Source of the DNA: a virus
Length of the DNA: 64,000 bases
IMG/VR virus record: IMGVR_UViG_3300027973_000054
Coordinates: 3,189 to 67,188 of that record
Reading direction: 5' to 3' (one strand)
In this document: positions 57,850 to 64,000 of the stretch, in pieces
Layout of the letters: every line of letters starts with the position of its first letter
Position numbering within the stretch: the first letter of the stretch is position 1
Made by a program: the position numbers and the translations under genes
The notes under the pieces: generated by a model
The model's input: only the letters and a program-made list of their open reading frames with translations
Database searches by the model: none
Told to the model about the DNA's origin: nothing

Positions 57850-59235
57850 TTAATAGATTTGATATTTTTGGTTTAAATAAGCTTCGACTTGTTGGCGTTC
57901 TATAGTTGTTAGGACTCGATTGTATACGATTACTTCTGCTACTTTTCCTTTTAGGTTAAAAGTTCCAGCTGCATTTTGTTTTCCTATATAAAGAGTCTCA
58001 TCTCCTCCTATTGAATTGCTATAAGTATTAGTAGGATCAGAATACATTAGTTGACCATTAACAAATGATTGCCAATCATTATTTGTGCTTTTTACAGAAT
58101 AAAGAGTCCAAACATTTGTAATAGTTACTGGTGGCGTAATCTCATTTTTTCTTAATCTTGTTGCGAAAGCATCATAAACATTACAATCTGGACCATAAGG
58201 ATAATGAGTTTGAGCTGATACATAAGTATCTTCTGATCCACCAAAGTTTCCAAATATTGGTCCATTGTCATCACCAGAACCACAAACATCTTCTACATAT
58301 TGAACTGAAAAAGCCGTTGATCCACTTGCGCCAAGAGGATTTATTGAAATTGAGAATACTCTTTCAATATAATCAGACATTGATGTTAGTGATATGGTCG
58401 GTTTGCTATTCAAATCCGAGGTATTATAAATAGGATTATTGGAAAAAGATGTTGCATTGTTTCCATTATTGCTTTGATCTGCCCAAGCTGTTACAAGAAA
58501 ATCTCCATATTCTGATGTTGTCACAGATCCAGTTGGAAGTGTCCCATTTGCAACTCCTATATATGTGCTAGATGGAGATCCAGATGAAAGATTATTTGTC
58601 CAAGAACCAGATGGAGCAGAAGACTTTAGCGGTCCCGTAGAAATTAAAAATGGATAGGGCGAATTTGGATCTACCTTATATAAAAACCAGTTTGTAGAAG
58701 CAGAACCAGAACCATTTCCTGTTGATATAAAGTAATCTGATCCAGATGCATTAAAATAAAAATAATTATTATCACCATCGTATGCATATAAATTGTACGT
58801 TCTATTTGCAGAAGAGTGCGTTCCAGTAATACCAGATATTGTTATTGTATTTGGCATATTATATACCAAAGACCAGCTAATCCCGTCAGTTGAATTTAAA
58901 ATAATTATATTTCCAGTACCTTGTGCTATATATCTTAAATTATAATAAGGTGTATCATCTTGAGAATATGTTATAAAATAACCATTATTTTCGCCAAAGG
59001 AATAAGAATAATAATTATTAGGATCTGGAGTTCCACTTGCAACAAATGTTTTATTCAAAATACTTGATGTACCTCCGCTAAGCATAATTTGAGAGATATA
59101 TGTATTTCTAAATGTTGCAACACCAGCATCAGCCTTGAGCCAGAGAGCTAGTCCACCTAAACTTGATGGAAGAAAAGCCTGTATTCCTGTTCTTGGAATT
59201 TTGAAGGTTGTATTTTTTTTAATTATTAAGCTCAT
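57850..59235 (-). CDS. LamG-like lectin protein with large insertion
   Basis: LALWLKADAGV...VTAWADQSNNGNNA...LKGKVAEVIVYNRVLTTIERQQVEAYLNQKY. Confidence 0.75.
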   Translation of the reverse strand: MSLIIKKNTTFKIPRTGIQAFLPSSLGGLALWLKADAGVATFRNTYISQIMLSGGTSSILNKTFVASGTPDPNNYYSYSFGENNGYFITYSQDDTPYYNLRYIAQGTGNIIILNSTDGISWSLVYNMPNTITISGITGTHSSANRTYNLYAYDGDNNYFYFNASGSDYFISTGNGSGSASTNWFLYKVDPNSPYPFLISTGPLKSSAPSGSWTNNLSSGSPSSTYIGVANGTLPTGSVTTSEYGDFLVTAWADQSNNGNNATSFSNNPIYNTSDLNSKPTISLTSMSDYIERVFSISINPLGASGSTAFSVQYVEDVCGSGDDNGPIFGNFGGSEDTYVSAQTHYPYGPDCNVYDAFATRLRKNEITPPVTITNVWTLYSVKSTNNDWQSFVNGQLMYSDPTNTYSNSIGGDETLYIGKQNAAGTFNLKGKVAEVIVYNRVLTTIERQQVEAYLNQKYQIY

Positions 59236-59245
59236 ATTAATTATT

Positions 59246-59986
59246 TTACAAATCCTTTACGACTGTAACATTATCATTTCCTTGAAAGGACTGTGCTCCA
59301 GCTGTCCAAGTATCACTAATAGGTCCAGAAGTAGGCACTCGTATAGTTAATGGCGAAGCGGTTTCGAGAAATGCTTCATTTCCAGTAAAAGCTGATTGCG
59401 CAGCGTAACAAAGAACTGTGCTTAAGCTGTTGCAAAATCTGAACGCAGCGTTCCCAATGCTTATTACGCTGCTGGGGATGGTAATGCTTATTAGAGAAGT
59501 GCAACCACCGAACGCCTGCAACCCAATACTCGTCACGCTGTTGGGGATGGTAATGCTTATTAGAGAAGTGCAACCATCGAACGCAGCAAGCCCAATATTC
59601 GTTACGCTGTTGGGTATGGTGATGGTGGTTAGACTAAAGCAGTTAATAAACATAAAAGTCTCAATACTCGTAAAGTTTATATTAGTTGGTAATGTGATTG
59701 TGCTTAGATCAATGCAAAAAGCGAACGCACTCTCCCCAATACTCGTTACGCTGTTAGGGATTGTGAGACTGGTTGCAAAAGTACTATTTAAAGCATAAGC
59801 TCCAATACTGGTCACACTATTGTCGTTTGCAAAAATAACAGAGGTAACAGTATCTTGAAATTCTATCCAGTTATTAGGTATATTCCCTGTAATTGTTGAG
59901 CCAACTTGCTCGCCAGAAGAGTCAAAAGCTCTTGAGGTTGTGATGAGTGGTAGTGGAGGAGCATCTCTTTTAATTATAAAAGCCAT
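59246..59986 (-). CDS. BspA-type leucine-rich repeat protein
   Basis: 23-aa AFxxCxSLxSITIPNSVTSIG repeats. Confidence 0.9.
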   Translation of the reverse strand: MAFIIKRDAPPLPLITTSRAFDSSGEQVGSTITGNIPNNWIEFQDTVTSVIFANDNSVTSIGAYALNSTFATSLTIPNSVTSIGESAFAFCIDLSTITLPTNINFTSIETFMFINCFSLTTITIPNSVTNIGLAAFDGCTSLISITIPNSVTSIGLQAFGGCTSLISITIPSSVISIGNAAFRFCNSLSTVLCYAAQSAFTGNEAFLETASPLTIRVPTSGPISDTWTAGAQSFQGNDNVTVVKDL

Positions 59987-59993
59987 AAACTAT

Positions 59994-60000
59994 ATTACAC
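59994..60000 (-). promoter_or_regulatory. GTGTAAT putative late promoter
   Basis: Overlaps upstream TAG; 7 nt before ATG. Confidence 0.7.
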
Positions 60001-60266
60001 TACTCATCCAAATAGGTTTTTATATCTTTTATTAGCTTCCTTCTCTTGTTGCGTTCTAAAACTGTTATTAAGGTGGCTAGTGATATTGGAAAAGCAAACC
60101 TAAGAAAGAATTGAAGGTGATCTTCTTTACTTAATAAATCAAAGTAATTAATATAAAGGTCACTTAGCCCCCAAAGCGTAAAAAGTATCGCAGGAATAAA
60201 AGTGATAAAAAAGAACTTATCATAAGTTTTTAAATTACCCCACCAATTTTTTATTTTGCTCGCCAT
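60000..60266 (-). CDS. Small two-TM membrane protein
   Basis: Two hydrophobic helices and basic tail. Confidence 0.6.
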   Translation of the reverse strand: MASKIKNWWGNLKTYDKFFFITFIPAILFTLWGLSDLYINYFDLLSKEDHLQFFLRFAFPISLATLITVLERNKRRKLIKDIKTYLDE

Positions 60267-60273
60267 ACATAGG

Positions 60274-60280
60274 CTTACAC
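60274..60280 (-). promoter_or_regulatory. GTGTAAG promoter variant
   Basis: 7 nt before ATG 60266. Confidence 0.6.
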
Positions 60281-60284
60281 CAGA

Positions 60285-60737
60285 TTAAATTGGAGTTGCT
60301 TCTTTAGGGTTTGGATTAGAATTTACTGGTGGAACATTTAATACTTCATTTCTCTGCTGTTGTGTGGTTTGCTGAATTTGTTGGGCCTGCTGTTGTTGTT
60401 CTTGTTTTTGGCTAAATTCTTTCATTTTTTGTGCTTGATCATTATTAGCAGCAGTTTCTTCTTTTGCTAAATCTGATGTTTCGTCTTTGTTTTCTTCTTT
60501 TGGAGCTTCTTCTTTTTTATTATCTAATTCTTTTGATTCAACTTCTACTGATCCACCACCAGCTGGAACATCATAACTTTTGCCCATAATATCAAAAGAT
60601 ATTGGGACTGAATGTCCAGAGCTAGTTAATGTTATTTTACCATTTTTATCTTTATTAATTGATATTTTAATTTTATCTTCAGCATAAGAAGTTTGAATTA
60701 AAATTGCTGCTAATAGTATATATATTAATTTGTGCAT
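60285..60737 (-). CDS. Secreted hypothetical protein with Gln-rich tail
   Basis: Signal peptide MHKLIYILLAAILIQTSYA-ED from ATG 60737. Confidence 0.6.
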   Translation of the reverse strand: MHKLIYILLAAILIQTSYAEDKIKISINKDKNGKITLTSSGHSVPISFDIMGKSYDVPAGGGSVEVESKELDNKKEEAPKEENKDETSDLAKEETAANNDQAQKMKEFSQKQEQQQQAQQIQQTTQQQRNEVLNVPPVNSNPNPKEATPI

Positions 60738-61039
60738 AAATTTGGTTTTAATCTTATTCTTTTTCTCATATAACCTATACATATATAATGCTCATTTGTG
60801 TCTATAAATAGTTTTGGTTTTGGTTGTAGGCTTAATATCCAGGGCTGACTATTCTCGCCTATTGGTTCTGCTTTACATATAAAAGATGAGCCCTCATCAA
60901 CTGGCACATATTCAAAGTCAAGACCAAGATTATATTGCTTTATAGGTCCAACATTTTTTGTATAGAAAAATGCACAAACAGCAGCTATTGGAAATAATGA
61001 TAAATAAAGCAAGACTTCTGATCTTATAAATGATTTCAT
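60725..61039 (-). CDS. Single-TM hypothetical protein
   Basis: ATGA-coupled start at 61039; N-terminal hydrophobic helix. Confidence 0.5.
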   Translation of the reverse strand: MKSFIRSEVLLYLSLFPIAAVCAFFYTKNVGPIKQYNLGLDFEYVPVDEGSSFICKAEPIGENSQPWILSLQPKPKLFIDTNEHYICIGYMRKRIRLKPNLCTN

Positions 61040-61254
61040 TGTATTATGAAAATTGAATATCTTCCATGACCTAAACATTGATAATAGTATCTATAATTTT
61101 CTTCGCCATTTTTATATACCCCAAAAATATCATCTTGAAAATATTCTTTTAGTGATACTGTTTGATGATCTCCAACGTTTTTATTTACCCAATTAGATAC
61201 TTCTTTGACATCTCCTTCAAAGACTACTTTTTTTCCATGAGTTGCGTATTGCAT
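61036..61254 (-). CDS. Hypothetical protein (possibly -1 frame extension of upstream gene)
   Basis: Open in -1 frame across the stop of 61224-61493. Confidence 0.45.
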   Translation of the reverse strand: MQYATHGKKVVFEGDVKEVSNWVNKNVGDHQTVSLKEYFQDDIFGVYKNGEENYRYYYQCLGHGRYSIFIIQ

Positions 61255-61493
61255 TTTTCTAATCCAGCTGCGGTTTGTATATCTAAATTATTTTTAGTTT
61301 GTTTAGCCACAATTGATCCTATCATAGTTAATACTAAAATGCAAGCAAAAACTAGTCCATAATGTGTTTTTTCTTGGGCTTTCTTTTTGGCCCTATATTG
61401 GTGAAAATTACTTATAAAGTCTTCTGTATCCCTTTTGGATGGAAGACTCTTTTCATAATTATCTAATAATAAGTTTCTCAATTGATTATCCAT
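61224..61493 (-). CDS. Single-TM protein, anti-sigma-like topology
   Basis: About 45-aa cytoplasmic helical part, TM YGLVFACILVLTMIGSIV; overlaps PEP-CTERM gene end. Confidence 0.45.
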   Translation of the reverse strand: MDNQLRNLLLDNYEKSLPSKRDTEDFISNFHQYRAKKKAQEKTHYGLVFACILVLTMIGSIVAKQTKNNLDIQTAAGLEKCNTQLMEKK

Positions 61494-63966
61494 TTCTTTT
61501 ATTTATTCTATGACAAGCGAGCAAAGAAATCAAACCTAATCCAAATAATTGAAGTGCAGATGGTTCTGGAACATTAGCAACAACGCTAACTATTCCATCT
61601 GTTGTAAATGAACTAGTATTCCAACTTAAATCAGTTGAATTTAAAGTTGGTAATGCAACATCTAGTTTTGTTATATCAAATCCAGTCGTATCAATACTTC
61701 CAAAGTTAAATAGATCATATGAATCTCCACTAGCGAAATTGTAATTATCTAATACTTCAAATGTAAAGTTTGTATTTACTCCAAGAGTTAATAAATTTGT
61801 TATATTGATAGTATCATAAGTAGTGCCTCTGATAGCGGGCACACCTAATTGGAATTGGAATGTTCCGTTACTTCCATTTAACTCATAAGCAGTTAGCAGA
61901 CCAGGACTATTGCCAGGCGCCACAGTACCACCATTTAGAGTTAAGCCCTGTACAATACCAGACCCACCTAATGTACCTCCTGTATTTACCAAAACATCTC
62001 CTGCACTTCCATTTACCGAAAGTAAACTTCCATTTATAGTTGTACTACCAATAGAGCCACCAGTATTAACTGTTGCTGTACCAGAATTGACTACAACTGT
62101 TCCAGCTGTTCCTTCTACTAATAAAGTACCACCACCAACAGTACTAGTTCCTAAGAGACTACCACCTGATTTTACATTGAGTGTACCGCCAGTATTAACT
62201 GTTGATGTACCAGTTCTTCCATATACATCTAATGTGCTTCCATTAACAGTTGTAATACCAGAATTGCCACCAGAATTTACTGTGGCTATGCCAGAGTTAA
62301 CAACAGTCTGTGCAACTGATCCTGATACCAACAAAGTACCACCATTAACAGTAGCTTTAGAAGATGTACCACCTGTTTTTACATCAAAAGTACTTCCTGT
62401 GGCAATGGTTGTTTCACCTACTGTGCCACTATTGAGCAAACTTCCTCCTGTTAGAGTAGAGTTGCCAAGAAAACCACCACTATAAACTGTAGCGGTTCCT
62501 GCGGACATAGAAAAAGCGCTAGCAGTTCCTCTTAAATCAAAAGTACCACCACCTTGTGTTACTGTTCCAGCTGTTCCATCTAACGATACTGTAGTAGTGA
62601 CACCAGTAGAGAAATTACCAATAGTCCCAGTGCTATCAACTATTAAGTTTCCTGCGTTAGCAGTTATATTACCAGCTGTACCTTTAACTCTTAATGTACC
62701 ACCTGATATTATAGCAGCACTAGAAGCAATAGAACCAGCAGTATCAACTATAAATGTACCATCTTGTATAGTAGTATCACCATTGTAAGAATTTACTGCT
62801 TGAAAGGTTGCTGTTCCCGTTCCTGATTTTGTTAATCCTCTGAGTGCAGCAGCTGTGTTAAATAGTGATCCTTTGAAAATGAAATCACCTACACCACCCA
62901 CAAGACTATTATCTGCTGTGGTACCTCCAATATCCAAAGTACCATCAAACTGCACAGTTAAATTGGTACTGTTGTTGAAAAGTCTTCTGCCACCACTTGT
63001 ACCTGCAGATGCAGTTAATGTATTGGCACTATTAGTAAACTGTAACAATGTCTTGTATCCACCATGATTTGTGAAATTCATGTTATTACCTTGATATTGG
63101 TTCATAACATAAGTTGTAGTAGCGTTTGAATTGGCCCCTAATAAGTCAAAAGTTCCCATGGTAGAAAGACTGGTTGAACCTTTCAAGCTGTTGAGATTGG
63201 ATAAGCCATTGGTAGTATTAATTCTGAGTATAGGCATGTTGGTTGTGCCACTAGCACCACCCAATGTTACTAAGCTTTGACCAACGCCAGTGCCTCCATT
63301 AACTGTCACAGTACCGCCTCCTGTTATATCAAAACCACCACCCAGGGTATTGGTACCATTAAATGTGACACTTCCACCCCCTGTATATATAACTTTTCCA
63401 GCAGTAGAAAGACCACCTTGCTTCAATTCATTATTAAATGTAAATGCACCATCTCCCGCCAATGTAAGAGTTCTGGATGTACTAGAAGAAGCAGTAGTAA
63501 GTGAAGCTATATTATTGAATACTAATGCTCCACCTGCAGTTTGAAACCAGGTATTACTATTGTTAGCATTTTCTAACAATATGTTAAATGTTTGAGTAGC
63601 GGTAGAATTGTTGGTGATACCTCTGCTAGTTGATAATGTTTGACTACCATTGAAGCTGTTGATATTATATGGATTTGCATTTGTTAAGAATGTTATGTTC
63701 TGTGCAGCTCTAGTAGAAGTTAATATAACAGTATTATTACTTACTCCAAAATTACCAAACTGAATTTCATCTGTTGTAGTGCTAGAACTGGTTGATGCAG
63801 GTTGTATTCCATTTGTCCAGCTAGTTGGTGATGTCCAATTTGTTCCAGTATTATTCCAAAGAAATACTACTGCATGAGATTCTTGGACAGCTCCAGACAT
63901 TAAAAAAGCCGCAATTAATTTTGCGGCTGTGCTTCTTAGTAACCCTTTTAGTAGGTTTATTTTCAT
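61486..63966 (-). CDS. PEP-CTERM surface protein with autotransporter-associated beta-strand repeats
   Basis: Signal peptide; GLTKSGTGTATF.AVNSYNGDTTIQDGT; GGTLGGSG...VAPGNSPG; C-terminal VPEPSALQLFGLGLISLL + basic tail; AAGGAG SD. Confidence 0.9.
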   Translation of the reverse strand: MKINLLKGLLRSTAAKLIAAFLMSGAVQESHAVVFLWNNTGTNWTSPTSWTNGIQPASTSSSTTTDEIQFGNFGVSNNTVILTSTRAAQNITFLTNANPYNINSFNGSQTLSTSRGITNNSTATQTFNILLENANNSNTWFQTAGGALVFNNIASLTTASSSTSRTLTLAGDGAFTFNNELKQGGLSTAGKVIYTGGGSVTFNGTNTLGGGFDITGGGTVTVNGGTGVGQSLVTLGGASGTTNMPILRINTTNGLSNLNSLKGSTSLSTMGTFDLLGANSNATTTYVMNQYQGNNMNFTNHGGYKTLLQFTNSANTLTASAGTSGGRRLFNNSTNLTVQFDGTLDIGGTTADNSLVGGVGDFIFKGSLFNTAAALRGLTKSGTGTATFQAVNSYNGDTTIQDGTFIVDTAGSIASSAAIISGGTLRVKGTAGNITANAGNLIVDSTGTIGNFSTGVTTTVSLDGTAGTVTQGGGTFDLRGTASAFSMSAGTATVYSGGFLGNSTLTGGSLLNSGTVGETTIATGSTFDVKTGGTSSKATVNGGTLLVSGSVAQTVVNSGIATVNSGGNSGITTVNGSTLDVYGRTGTSTVNTGGTLNVKSGGSLLGTSTVGGGTLLVEGTAGTVVVNSGTATVNTGGSIGSTTINGSLLSVNGSAGDVLVNTGGTLGGSGIVQGLTLNGGTVAPGNSPGLLTAYELNGSNGTFQFQLGVPAIRGTTYDTINITNLLTLGVNTNFTFEVLDNYNFASGDSYDLFNFGSIDTTGFDITKLDVALPTLNSTDLSWNTSSFTTDGIVSVVANVPEPSALQLFGLGLISLLACHRINKRNG

Positions 63967-64000
63967 ATTATTAGTTTACTCCTTCTTGTTTTCATCTAAA

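Noticed and set aside
9106-63544. Short overlapping or antisense ORFs in the track (e.g. 9106, 10081, 13350, 19806, 26036, 43608, 44487, 59418, 61910, 63290)
   Set aside because: Shadows of long, well-supported genes; no independent start signals or motifs
1-64000. tRNA/rRNA genes, introns/inteins, integrase, stop-codon reassignment
   Set aside because: No cloverleaf or rRNA-like GC-rich segment seen; terminase, portal and capsid are uninterrupted; coding density is near-complete under the standard code

Overview
The whole window is an AT-rich (about 30% GC by eye) segment of a large tailed dsDNA phage with a long non-contractile tail, covering most of its virion module. A lambda L/K/I/J-like tail-tip block lies on the + strand (1-7404). 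It converges on a - strand block with tape measure, tail tube and neck genes, a glycosyl/methyltransferase cluster, about 17 kb of fibre and lectin genes, capsid, decoration and protease genes, a lysis cassette, a second tail-tube paralogue, portal, terminase, an ERCC4 nuclease, an ECF-like sigma factor and accessory genes ending in a PEP-CTERM protein. That protein suggests a Verrucomicrobia/PVC-type host (inference). The strongest unannotated signals are: (i) a GTGTAA(T/G) motif at about 18 gene boundaries, often exactly 7 nt before an ATG with no SD, probably the late promoter of the phage sigma factor; (ii) a second, host-type TWGATW-N17-TATAAT promoter class; (iii) tandem hairpins with compensatory stem changes in the fibre-operon leader; (iv) strong [ST]G enrichment in exposed virion proteins next to glycosyltransferases; (v) two small ORFs missing from the ORF track; (vi) a candidate -1 frameshift; and (vii) a recombination scar at the endolysin. 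All calls come from reading motifs by eye; no searches were run.
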